Shown here: positions 12,990-26,666 of the stretch, piece after piece
How the letters are laid out: every line of letters begins with the position of its first letter
Position numbering within the stretch: position 1 is the first letter of the stretch
Source of the DNA: Eledone cirrhosa
Lineage: Eukaryota
Assembly: GCA_964016885.1 (NCBI GenBank)
Contig: OZ024741.1
Span: 299,956,001-300,020,000, forward strand
Direction of reading: 5' to 3'
Length of the DNA: 64,000 bases
The notes under the pieces: model-generated
Seen by the model: the letters and a program-made list of their open reading frames with translations, nothing else
Told to the model about the DNA's origin: nothing
Databases searched by the model: none
Made by a program: the position numbers and the translations under genes

Positions 12990-15900
12990 GGGATAACAGG
13001 TTATCGTTATAGGTAGTCCACTTAGATGTAGTCCAGTTAGATTACTCTGTGCTGTGGATGGTATTAACGTATGGCTTAGTTTGTCCAACAAGACGTTTCC
13101 ATACTGATACTGCGAATTCGCGGTGCTTTCTATGTAGTTTAGACTTGGAGTAATAATAATTCAAGAAAGAAGAGTAAAGCCCTTATTGGCTATACATTAA
13201 GGGCTTTACTCACATTGATGACAATTGTTTCTTTGATCTGGTAGGTGTAGAGTTCGCTAATCGCTTGATGTTGCGTCAATCGATCTCCAATACTTTGTTT
13301 ATAACCAGTCATTTCATCAGGGCGTGCGAAAGTGAGGAAGATACTCCAGACATGGCTTTTATAGAGGAGTTGTATTAAACCAGAACAATAATATCAATAA
13401 TAAAAATAACTAGATCCTGAATAGTTAGAATAATAACATCAGTTTAAGTAAAAAATAGAGTATAATGATAAATCTAGCATATTAAACGAACTGATATAAT
13501 ACAGATGTATGAAATTGACATGTGAAAACTGCTATAGGGTACATTAGATTTAGTATTAATGTGTTGAAGAGATAACTGATAAAATGTTCTTAGAGTCAGG
13601 ATTTAGGAGTAATTATGAGGTATATACGTGTGCTGTAGGTCTATAAACACACTAGCAATAAACCGGAGATTGATTTATAGTTTGACAGATAAGTATTTTC
13701 GTTGTATCACCTTAGTGAGAATGATAGAGTGGGTGCATAGAAATATATGGTTCTTATGTGGTATTAAGTGAGGTTGTAGATTCGGTAGTTAAAGGTTTAG
13801 GTGGCCTATTGTAAAAGTTGGTATTGTTAGTTCGAATGATGGGGTTTACTTTACACCACACCAATAACAAATCGTGTATAAATAAGACAATAATAACAAC
13901 AATAATAGAGATAATAAAAGTAATAAAATAGTAAAATATGCATGGTTGATAGAGATAACATGATGAATAATATTAGGGATACATTGAGATGATCATAATA
14001 ATAATAAGAAGAAAATAAGATTTCAAGGAGTGTAGGAGTAATAAGATAATGTACTTAGAATTAAGTTCATCAGTTAGAGATCGTCAGTGCTAATATGAGA
14101 TACGTAGATATAATTGTTTGGTCCGAAGGATTAAACAACAGCAAAGATGGGATTGATTTATGGGCTGACAAGATAATTGTAGACATTACTGCCCCATCCT
14201 AGTGGTATATATATGTAGGGAGGCTAGAAAGAGTTTACAGAAGGTTATGGTTCTGAAGTGTGCTGTGTGAAAATGCGAATTTCATATGTTAAATGCTAAG
14301 TGATATTCCATTAACATAGGGGATGCTGGTTCGAATAACGGTGGTTTCTAGATAGGGTAATCGCACAAATTAAGGGAAAACTAGAAATAAATTTATGGGG
14401 TAACACTATCGAAGCAATAGAATGGTTCAATAGAACAAGAAATAGAGAAACATACAACTTCATACAACTTGACATAAATGATTACTATGCATCCATATCC
14501 CCAGTCACCCTAGATAAAGCGCTAACATTTGCCCAAAATAACTCAGACCTTACCTGAGATGAAATTAAAATAATACTAGCCGCTAGAAGGACTATCATAA
14601 TAGCTTCGATATCAAAATGGGATCGAAGGAGTCAGCGCAAATAACGGATGTTGTGGGGATATTTATAGCACACAACCTACATAAAGAATTTAATAACCTC
14701 CAAGGAGGAATTTATAGAGACGAAACGCTCCTTATAGCTAAAAACTTAAATGACCAGAACATGGAAAGATTATGAAAACACATTAGAACATTCTTAACAA
14801 AACTAGGCCTAGATATTACTTACGAATTCTAAAAAGGCAAACTTTCTAGACGTAACTCTAAACCTAAACACATGATTAATAGAACCCTTCCACAAAAATA
14901 ATGAGAATCTAGCTTACATTAGTTATAACTTGAACAACACCCCGATCCATAATAAACTCCTTAGCAGGTAGTGTATCCCTTAGAATATCACGCCTATCCT
15001 CAAACCAAGTAACTATAAATGAACATGGTAATTATTATAACGCAGCATTACATAAGGCTGGACACGGGAAAAGCTGCAGTTTATAACAGATAAGGACAAC
15101 ACAAACAAACCCATTAACACCAACACTAACCGTTCATACAAAAATAAAGGTAACAGGACGAGGCATCTTCAACTCCTCTATAAGAACTAAACTACCTCCT
15201 ACGTTTTTAAAACTAATAGATAAACACTTCCCTACATCGCATATATATCATAAAATCTTCAATAGAAAACCTTTAAAACTTTCATACTCTACTGCAGCCA
15301 ACATTTAATCGTACATACGCAAGATCAACCACAAATATACATCTAAGAAACTACCCCACCTATACGCAACATAGTACTAAACACAAACACATTACTTATC
15401 ACAACCACAAACGCATAGGAATACACCACAGCAAAACTTCAATAGGCATGAATCACAACCCGCACATAACATTTTCCAAAACCGCAATATGAAAGCTGCC
15501 CGGAATAATACTTCAAACTGCAATTATCCCCTACCATAGAAGTGCCCATTAGCGAATAGGTACCTAGATTCGAGCCTAGTGTACATGTGTATTGTAAACT
15601 CGAGCAATTCCACATGGCACTATATTGGATCCGCCGCGGGTGTTTTAAAAAACAGGTGGTATATACAGAGACATTCTATGAAGAACCGTGCAGTGGTAAA
15701 TTCTACAACCCTCACCAATAAAATATGGCAACTTAAGGACAAAAACCTTGATTACAATATTAGCTGGTCGAATTTAGCGGCCGCAAAGGCCTATAGCAAC
15801 GGTATGTCCCATTGTGGGCTTTGCAGCCTTGAACTGCTACCTATCTTAAGGAACGATAAAATGCTACTCAACAGCAAAATAGAAAGGTCAATTTTCTGCA

Positions 15901-16215
15901 GACATAGGATTGCTACAAAATTCACGAGATTTAAACCACCGTGATTCGAACCAGTACCCCGTATGTTAATGGAATATTACTTAGCATTTAACATATGAAA
16001 TCCGCATTTTCACACACCCCACTTCAGAACCATAACCCCCTATAAATTCCTTCTAGCCTCCCTACATCTATACCACTAGGATGGGGCATTAATGTCTACA
16101 ATTATCTTGTCAGCCCATAAATCAATCCCATCGTTGCTGTTGTTCATTCTTTCGGACCAAACAATTATATCATATTAGCACTCACGATCTCTAACTGATG
16201 AACTTAATTCTATAT
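12990..16215 (+). mobile_element. Decayed Penelope-like element (Naiad-like) with inverted 5' pseudo-LTR
   Basis: RT remnants DINDYYASISPVTLDKALTFA and GGIYRDE (~14470-14730). GIY-YIG ORF 15579-15944 (VYMC..YIGS..CGLC..CRH). 14058-14350 is the inverted copy of 15933-16212. Confidence 0.85.
13217..13323 (-). ncRNA. Hammerhead-like motif with long stem II insertion (homologue of 301-406)
   Basis: gcc CTGATGA aa-tgactggt...accagatca-aa GAAAC aatt GTC atc. Core is canonical; stem I is decayed. Confidence 0.65.
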
Positions 16216-16770
16216 CTAACAAATAAATCGTCCCCATGTTGACAGATATATGTAATGTATCAATTGGTAAATAGGACAATACATTGATCAGAGCGACCTA
16301 CTACTGGTCGTGACGCCAATTCAATAGTTTTGGCAGACAGCCCCCTATAAACACCCATATATATATATATATGTATTTGATAAATATAACTATACTTAGT
16401 CTTAACGATAATTCTATCTAAGTTGAACAAACACATAAATCGGATGCGCACATAGACGCACTCATACATGTACACACTCACTAAGAAACATATCTACATA
16501 CACAACCACCCCCGAAACATCTGAAACATTGTATGGAAGCGTGCGTGTGTATCTGTATAAAATATTATAAATGAATTTTAAATCACTTGGAGAAAATTTA
16601 CAATTGGATAAATAAGGCATACTCTTATATGAATAAACCATGCCGCGCTGATACAGCCAGTCAAATACGAAGCCTTTGCGCCAGCAGGCTGGAATTAGAT
16701 GTTGAAATGGCAACAGCTTAGCCATCGGGTCACGGCCCATTATAATATATATACATAGGTACACACTCAC

Positions 16771-16841
<71 letters not shown>

Positions 16842-16870
16842 CATATATATATGTATATATATATATTTAC

Positions 16871-16960
<90 letters not shown>

Positions 16961-18463
16961 GTGTGTATGTGTGTGTGTGCGTGCGTGTGTGTGTGTATGT
17001 GTGTGTGTGTGTGCATGTGTGTGTGTGTGTGTTTTTGTGCATATATATTTAATATATATACAACCCATCCTTATCGAGCCCACTTCGGATTTTCTTCTTT
17101 TTATTTATTCTTACTATATTTATATATATGTGTGTGTTTACGTGTGTGTGTATGTGTGTGTGCGTATATATATATATTTACGCATATACACACATATATA
17201 TATACATGTATGTCTCTGAGTTTATGCGTGTGTTTGTACTTGCGTATCTTTGTATGTACGTTTGCTTGTTTTCTTGGACAGTCAATTTGGTATATTTTTA
17301 CTGTTAAGCATATTAAATTACCAGAAATCACACAAAATATGGTGTAAATAATAGATGTCGATTGGTTAACGTGCCACGTCCCCAACACCACATAAAAACA
17401 AATTTTAACAATCCCTGCATCAAACAAATATCTGCATCAAAGGAAACGCAACGTAGACAATCTTCCTGAAAATATACATTCGCGAGTAAAATACATAGTA
17501 TGAATTTTAGTTACGAGTGGAACCTAAGTTATCCATTGACATCAATAATGTCGATATGGCTATATAGAATTACGACGAACAGTATTATTCTGTTCGTCAG
17601 AATTGGGAGAACTGCAAACATAATAAGGCCTTGTAGTATTTAGTTGGTCCTTTTAAATTATGATTGATATCCGGTAGCAGACTAGTTTATCTTTGATATT
17701 TTTGACTGCAGGTTATAGAAAACATACGAGCCAAATAGTAACTTTGATTTAGTCGACTGTTTCACCAACCCAAATTAGAGATATATGTTGTAAGTCAAAG
17801 TTATTAGATTCATAAATTGTTGATGTAAGGCGGAGTGGAGAAAATAATTGACTGCATACACTTGAGTTCTAATTTGTCCATATTTCAACCACGTTTTTTT
17901 TCATTTTCTTCGCGATCAGGCTTTTAGCACCATATACACGAAACCATCGGAAAGTGTCACCCTTCAGGCAATACTATAGCTACGGTGTTGATCCGCCTCC
18001 TGTGCAAAAAGTGTTGGTTTTGTATACACGGATCGTGTCATAGCTAAACGGAACATCAAATCCCATAATATTTCACCACACACATCATATCAACCTTAAA
18101 TGAATGCCTTTCTTGTTTCCGTACTATATTGCCCAAGAAATATTAAATAACTCTCTCAAAGTTATTCAACGCAGAACCTCTATGTCTATTTCGATTGTTA
18201 TCGTCGCTCAACGCGTTAAAAGTTACATTTTAGAGTTGGCTCCATTTAAATGATTATTTGTCTAGTTAATTTCTACGGAGTAAGAGGAAAAATTAGGTAA
18301 ATTTTATCTGACTGTCCCTCATAAAGGAATATCGATAACATCGATCTGTCATTTCTTCAAATTTAGGTTTTAATATTAGTTGCAGGTAAATGAGTATTTA
18401 TCTAGTTAATTTCTACGGACTAAGAAGAAATTGGATAAATTTTGTCTGAATATTCTTCAAACT

Positions 18464-18494
<31 letters not shown>

Positions 18495-18505
18495 GTGTTT
18501 GGGGG

Positions 18506-18597
<92 letters not shown>

Positions 18598-19560
18598 TAA
18601 TCAGGGAACAAAAAAAGCAGTATTGCATCATATACATATTTAATGACATATTACATATGTTTCACTGCCGATATAGCTCGAGGAACGATCGATTATGTTC
18701 GCTCCTGACTCTAGAATCGAAAGCTCTTCAGATATTTGTTCTCACATGGAGACTCACCTCCGAATATATATATATATATATATATACTAATAATAATGAG
18801 TTCTAAACTCAAACAGTCCTTTACAATGAAATAGCTCAAAGAAAGAAGTATTTCTGAGCCGTGTAATACAAGTTAATATAAATTAATATATATGATAAAA
18901 CACAAATACCAACATATAAGTGTTTGTATTGTAAATGACTAAGTTAGCTAGATTGAAAAATACTAATTATAATAATACAGTTTGCCTGTCTCGATTTAAA
19001 ATAATAAATCAATAAAAACAAACGATATTTGCAAAAGGCCGTGGTACTTAGACAAATTTAAATTTCAAAATCAAACCTGTTCCGTATATAAGTTTAAACT
19101 TCAAAATCCAGTAAGTACCCTGAACAATTGGTATGCTTCACTTCAAAATATTTACACATACACATATTAACACAAATATATAAATATAATATTTATATTA
19201 ATATGTGTATGTGTAAATGTGTATATGTGTGTGTATATTTATGTGTAAGAGTGCGTGTATATATATATATATTAAATATTATTTCTGTATTTGTATTGCA
19301 TTGTATTGTATATTATATTGTAATTTTTATATCTTATTTCCCGCATTATATTACTATGTTGTATTTCGAGTTTTAGACTTGTATTGTACTTTTAACGTGG
19401 CTATTTTAATGTTTACTTGCTCTCTTGCCGTATAGTTTTTATATACCAATGCACCCTATTAGGTTTAACACGTCTTTCCATGATAATTTTTCTAAAATAT
19501 CCTTCTCTATTCTTCTGAATTTTGGCTTGTTCTAGCCGATGATATTTTTTGTCTTTTTCT

Positions 19561-19603
19561 TGCTCTGATGAGTCCTTATTACTGGGATGAAACATTGTCA
19601 GCA
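19561..19603 (+). ncRNA. Type I hammerhead ribozyme at the 3' end of a truncated PLE
   Basis: tgct CTGATGA gtcc ttattactg ggat GAAAC att GTC agca, followed immediately by AATAAA. Confidence 0.9.
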
Positions 19604-19626
19604 AATAAAGATTATTAATGTATTAA

Positions 19627-19698
<72 letters not shown>

Positions 19699-22030
19699 CA
19701 TTATACTAATAATAATAAATGTGAAAGCAGCGATTCTTTGCTTAAACTTTAATCTGTTATTTTAATAAATATATATATAGATATATTATATATATCTATA
19801 TATATATTCATTTATGTTTAGTGGTTTACAACTGGCTAGAACTGGTAATTCCTTTTACTTAACCAATATGTATTAGTAGGTAAAGCACTTTATGTTACGC
19901 AGCCTATTCCCATCGATCTTGTGGTTGGTGCAGGAAATGATTTAAATATGGATTTGATTATCATAACAGGAGGCCTGGCTGGTGATGTTCCTTTAAGGTT
20001 TTATTGTTGTAAAAACACTATATATATTTCAATGGCCTGGTTACGTAAGATTCTGGCGAAATCATGACTTTCGGATTTTATAATTAGTAGTCGACAAAGG
20101 AATTACGACAGACACAAACAGAGAAAATATAGAAAAACTATTTGCTTTGTATATGGTCTGCGACCTAAATAATATTGTTACCGCGGACCATATAGAGCCA
20201 CAAAATGCAACCGATGTAAGTCCGGAGTGGGTAGCTACCTATGAGAAGGGCCCAAATTTTATTTCAAGAAGGGACCAATTTTCAAGATTAAAAACTGTTT
20301 CTCGTGTACGTCGCACAATTTAATTTAAATTATACGTAAAGGTTGCCAATATATATTATACGTAAAACGCCTGATACCTTGACACCGTATAAATGGTCTC
20401 CCGTATAAATATTGTTTACAGAATTCCTTTAAATCATTATAAAACATATAAAGCTGAGAATATTATAAAAGAAACCAACGTTGTACGGTCATTGATGACA
20501 TCGAATGTATCTTTGTCGTTTAAAAGCTTCTATATCAAATATAAAATCACATGAAGTCAATCACGTGAAAAAGGCTTAAATTTAATATAATTATTGTTGA
20601 TAATTGATTGCTTTTTCAATCAAATATTGGTATTGTTGCCGTGATTGTTGATTAGTTGTATTTCTTTTCATTAAATATGCTACAAAAATATTTCAATTTA
20701 GGTTGGAAAATCATTTTGAAATTGTAATCCTGCATACTGCTTAACAGTATTGATCAGTTGAGCAATCATGTAGAAAATTATTTAAAAGCTCAATTAATAA
20801 AAATTTCAACAGTTTGTGTTTGTTATTCCTTCCATGTATAGTTATAACAATACATCAGTTTGTTTAGGAGGAAAATGAGATTTGTGAGAGGAAATGAACG
20901 TTAGTTAACACGTCAAGAGCAAGGAAACTTAAAGATTTAGTGTGATAGAAAAAGGAAAGGAAAAAGGAAAAAGATAAATCGTCTGAAATACGCTTTCGAA
21001 GTGTTTGTGAAAACTGTAACTATGAATAAAGGCGGTGAGCAATTTATTAAAGAGACGGGAATAAATAGAGATCGGGAATAAGGCAGAATGCGATAGAAAG
21101 AATGCGGTGAGAAAGTAAAATACATTTAGAGAGATGAGGAAAAGGAATGAAACAATGGAAGTGACGAAGAAGAAGAAGAAGAAGAAGAAGAAGAAGAAGA
21201 AGAAGAAGAAGAAGAAGAGAGGGGGTGAGAGAAGGGGAGAGAGAGCTGTGAGAGAGAGAGAGAAAGACAGAGAGATCGTGTACTTTGAAAAAAATAGAGT
21301 TAAAGTAAAACCCTTAGAGAGAGTAAGAGAGTTATCCGGAATACAAATAGTTCTAGAGAATGAGAGAAAGCAGCAAGAAAAACTAAACATGAGAAGGAAA
21401 AGTACAACTGAAAAGGATTCGGTGACGATGTTACGTAAAATAATTGGTCTGTAACTCAAATATAGATGGAAAGTAGTACATGTAATCTCTGAAGTGGAAA
21501 TCGATACTTGTACGAAATGCTTGTTATGGCGCCGATGTTTTTAAACGTCTACTGAATTATTCAATATTGTAGCCCCATAGCCCTGTGAAAATCTGAAATT
21601 TAATTTCTTCGTTATTATTGATTCATACAATAGAAACTTCACACTTAAAAACACTCTATACAGTCTGTTACATGATATATATTTGACACACAAATATATA
21701 TTTTGTAGTAATGGAAATAAAGGACCAAAAACAAATAAACGCAAAAAGAAACAAACAAAGGTAAAAATAAAAGACAAATGATATGCACGCTCATACGTAC
21801 GGCAGCATTTCAAATCAACGAACAAACTTTTGCTATTTTTGTGTTGTCTTACAGGTAAAAAAATCTGCTGGAATATTTCTCAACTTCTTTAAATTTCTCT
21901 TGGTGTAGTTAGATCCCTCTAAGAATGTACGTTCCACTCGCTTTAAGTGTGAGGTTATGATACGCTTAAATGAATAAACACACGCATTACAAACTATCAA
22001 CGTGCGTGATTGACATATAATTTTTAAAAA

Positions 22031-22061
<31 letters not shown>

Positions 22062-22379
22062 GGGGGGGGGTATGTGTGTGAAAAGAGTCAGCCATCCGAG
22101 TCCTGACTCTTTTCATATCACCTACTCTACTACCCTAAGTATTATGTACTCTGGTGCGTTATGGTCTGCCTGGTATCTTACCACGACCTCTTTGTTCATA
22201 TATAAATATATATATACTGTATATATATATATATATACATGCAGGAAAAATGCAATGGAAGTCTTTGAGAAAATCTATTAATAATATATTTAGCGGTTTC
22301 ACGTTGGGATGATTTTCGAATGTTAAGTGAGATTGAAAGATGTGTGTCTATGTGGTGGTGTGTTTCGCATCTGAAGGTA

Positions 22380-23330
22380 GAAAGACAGCATTGAATCTCA
22401 AAGACGAGACCTTAACCTCCCTAATCATGATGATAATAGCTAGGACATGCCAAACACTATGACAGAAAACAAGCGTAAAATAAAAGGGAAACAAGTAAGC
22501 TAAAAAGAAATGTCGAGACTCTGGCAAGAGAACCTATTGCATGGGCAATGTCAGGTGCAAGCTATGGATGCTGATGTAGATATGAAATGAACCCATCCGT
22601 GGCTGCATAGCACTGATATAAAAGTTGAAACAGAAAGATTTATCCTACCGACTCAAGATCAGAGTCTCCTCTCACCGAAACTATTGAGCCAATGTCTTGC
22701 ACCATGGGGAAACACAAAATGGAGGCACTGAGATAAAAAAAGACTTTAGAGCATTGACCACATTGATGCCGGTTGCTTAGCTCTTATTCCTACAGAATAA
22801 ACCTGTTCAGTTTAGCCAATATTTCACTGGAGTATATGCAGTTACTGTGATATCCTGCACCCTAAGAATAGATATAAACACTATCCACTGCTATTCAATG
22901 AGGGAGAAGATGTTACCTCCCTCTGAAATCGCGGGATACATACAGACAGGTAAATAAATATTAAAAGGCCAGAGATCGCAATAAAAGACCTGAGAAAAAA
23001 CTTGTCTATTAAGTGATATGCCGGTGCCTACTAAAAGAATCATCTTAGCAAATGAATTTGAGAAACTAACTAAATATAAAGCCCTTGAGATTGGGATATC
23101 TAGATTGTGGCGATTAAAAACCAAAATTTTCCTTGTTGTTGTGCGTGCCTTGGAAATGATCAAGAATGATACCGATAGATTCTTTGACCGGATCCCATGG
23201 AACCCAAAAAATAAACGACGTTCAGAAATATGTGCTGGCTTCAACCGCCCATCTTCTCAGGAGATTTCTCGTCATCTAATGCTTACGTGCCTTAGGTCTC
23301 TTGTTGAGACCTGACCGGACGATGAAATAC
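22380..23330 (+). pseudogene. R4/Dong-like LINE C-terminal fragment (zinc-knuckle and restriction-like endonuclease region)
   Basis: Decayed frames QDQSL, IDHIDAGC, HWSIC and KYKALEIGISRLWRLK (ORF 23018-23314). Confidence 0.7.
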
Positions 23331-23990
23331 GTAAAATGGAAAGCAAATGAAAATTAATATAATAATAATGATGTGTGGTTTAGGCACAAGTAAAAACATT
23401 TTGTGAGTGGAAAAAAGTAGTTTAAATCGTCCAGAGTGCATTATTGAAACAGCAGCGTAAGAACGAAAGGCAACGCTAGCCTCCACGGGATTTGATCTCG
23501 GAACGTAGGTAGCGATCTGACCTCCGTTGTATACAGATGGTCACGCGAAGACAATAATAGTGGTAATAGTTCCATTATGAAAATGAACGCGCGTGTGTGT
23601 GTGTGTGTATGTGTGTGTGTGTGGGGGGGGGGGGGGTAGGTGGGGGGGGGGGCGTGTGTGTGTGTGTGTGTGTGTAAATACATATATGTTTGTATGTGAA
23701 TATGTATCTACATATATATATAAATGAAGTAATTCCGTCGGAAAAGTCCAGGGAACAAAGAGTGCTCTATGTAGGTAACAGAGCTTAATAGTTATGTAAT
23801 AAACAACATAAGGCAATTATTTCATTTACCAGTGGTTTCTTAAAAGCAAAAAAATGTTGCTTTCAATCATCAGAATGAAAAAATCCTGGCGTATTTATTG
23901 ACTTTGGATTTTAAAAACAAAAATGCAATCGATATGAAAGTGAGGCTGGAGAAGGAAGAAGGAAAGGAAAAATAAAATAAAAACACACAT

Positions 23991-24029
<39 letters not shown>

Positions 24030-24661
24030 TATATACATACACACACATATATATATATATACACACATACATACACACACATATATACACACGAACATCC
24101 ACATATATATGTGTATATATATACATACACATACATATACACATACATACATACACACTTAAATATCAACATATGCATACATACACATACATATATACAA
24201 CCACACACATATATATATATACATACACATACATAGCCATACACACATACATATACATACATGCATACATACACACAATCATACGTATATACACACGTAG
24301 ATTCATACACATACATACACACATATATACATGCATACATACGCATGCTCAAAAATAGAAATATATACACACACCTCTACATACTCACACACACAAATAA
24401 ATATAAGAAAAAATATATATAATAATAAAAGGCATAAAAAACAAAATAAAGACTATTATAAAGTTGACAGCTATACAGGCAACAAATAAATGAACAAACA
24501 CACGTGGTAAGCAATACACACAAATGCACGTACACATACATACGTAAAAATAAATACATACACTCACTCTCACACATAAATATACATATACAAATACATA
24601 AACACATACATACGCATACATAAATACATACACATACACACACATATATACATATATACAG

Positions 24662-24758
<97 letters not shown>

Positions 24759-25332
24759 CACACACATACATACATAGCCATACAATTATACACATACATA
24801 TACATACATATCACAAACACGCACAACTAAATACAAACACACACATATATATATACGTTGTGTAAAGCTTATTGTTAGATAATTCACATGAACCATTATA
24901 TGCATCATTACATATAGTGATTTAATGATTATTTTCATTGATCTTTTACCCCAGGAACTTGTTGAGTACTCTAAATCTGCTATAAGCATTTATACCCTTT
25001 GCTAAATATATATTTTTTTATTTATTAGTTGTCGTATTCCTAACTTTTTATTTTCATTTTTATTTTTATTTTTATTTTTATATATACAAAATTTTTATAA
25101 TATATACAATATTTATTTTATAATATTTATGCTCTTTCTCATATATATATATATTGAGTTATATATGTAGATGTGTGTGTGTGTGTGTGTATGTACGTAT
25201 CTGTATGTATATATGTGTGTGTAGGTATATATGTGTATGTGAGTATGTATGTGTATGTATGTGTATGTGTATATATATATATATTATGAAAGTAAAACAA
25301 AGAAGCCTTCAATACATCAAAGGTCTTTATTA

Positions 25333-25370
25333 GCCAACAATGTTTCGTCCTATTAAGGACTCATCAGGGC
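25333..25370 (-). ncRNA. Type I hammerhead ribozyme
   Basis: gcc CTGATGA gtcc ttaata ggac GAAAC att GTT ggc, then t-AATAAA. Confidence 0.88.
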
Positions 25371-25863
25371 AATTAAAACAACAAGAAGTATAATCGGCCA
25401 ATACAAGCCGAAAACTCCGAAGAATATGGAGTGTACATACACTAAAGTATTGCAAGATTATGGGTAAAAATATATAATAAAAATCACTAAGGAGGTGTAT
25501 AATATTTAGAACCATATTACAAATATAGTCCAAAGGAAAACAAATCTAGAGCTAAACAAAGGTTGTTATATAGAGCGGGAATTATATATAGTACTATATA
25601 ATATAATATAATATACTTGTAACAATATTAAAATTACAATAAAAATTAAAAGGTACAATATACATATGTATATATGTACGCACACGTACGCACATATACA
25701 CATACATCAATAAACATATCCATCTTCAACAGCACAAAATAAACCTTATTAAGAGTTTAAATATAAATAAGCATGATAGGAATAAAAATAATAATAATAA
25801 TAATAATAATACGTATATCTAATATACATGAGGTAATAATATGATATGATTATAAGTAGCACA

Positions 25864-26666
25864 TCTCTATATATAAAACTGTGGTTGTCTGTCTGTCTAT
25901 CGATTTTTGGCACACATCTCCTCTTAGAATCTCTCACGGAATTGCACCGAAATTGCTATACTAGTACATTGAGCCCTAGCGAAGACATCGGAAAAAAAAT
26001 ATTTCAAATTGACCCACCCTATGTGACGAAATCGAATATAATGTATCGATTTTTGAGCGTAAGTTATCAGTTATTTCCCTTTGTTCTGTTTACATTGAGC
26101 GTCTTACGTAAACAATTACGCTGGCTTTAACAGTTGTCGAGCCAGCAAAATATTGACCTGCAAAATTCATCAGTTCGAACACTAAGCTTCCGTTTTGCTT
26201 CATTTCCATTTAAAAGCATTTTAAAACAATATTTTTACTTGAAAACAAGTCTATTTAAAGACTACGTAAAACAAGCAAATATTTCGTCGTTAGGCGTGCA
26301 GACAGACAGTCGTGCAGACAGACAGTCGTGCAGAGAGGTGATATAGGCGTGCAGACAGACATAACTGATAATTTGGTTACGCTAATGTTTTTCTCTGCGT
26401 TGCAGTGTTTACATTTTCGATCTTTGTTAATAAATAACCAGTGCAGTTTTTATCCCCAGCATCCTCTTTTGTTATAACATTCGGGTTATCGTTATGTTTT
26501 CTTAACTTCATAAGGCATATTGTTGGTTGAGGGAATATTAATCAAAAACACCACATGCAAGTCTGCACAGTAGACACTACAGTTTTTAAGCCAAAAAAGA
26601 AACTTAACATTGTAACTTTAACACAGCTACTGAGCGACCCCGAGCAACGCCGGGCTTTACTGCTAG
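25864..26666 (+). mobile_element. Non-autonomous Helitron (803 bp) nested in the PLE 3' UTR
   Basis: Starts TC(tctatatataaaa) after an A. Ends with hairpin cccg-agcaacgc-cggg (26638-26654) then CTAG before a T. No TSD. Internal (cgtgcagacagacagt) repeats. Confidence 0.85.

Noticed and set aside
14045-14080. CTGATGA-actt/aagt hairpin on minus (also 16195 plus and 62640 minus)
   Set aside because: No GAAA after the stem and no stem I or III.
23838-23880. CTGATGA-tt-GAAA-stem motif (relatives at ~31150, ~31400-31440, ~36188) as a minizyme, K-turn or SECIS
   Set aside because: No stem I in register and only 2 nt in place of stem II. GAAA is paired within a simple hairpin. SECIS spacing is not met, and no in-frame TGA at Cys positions was seen in the Naiad-like frames.
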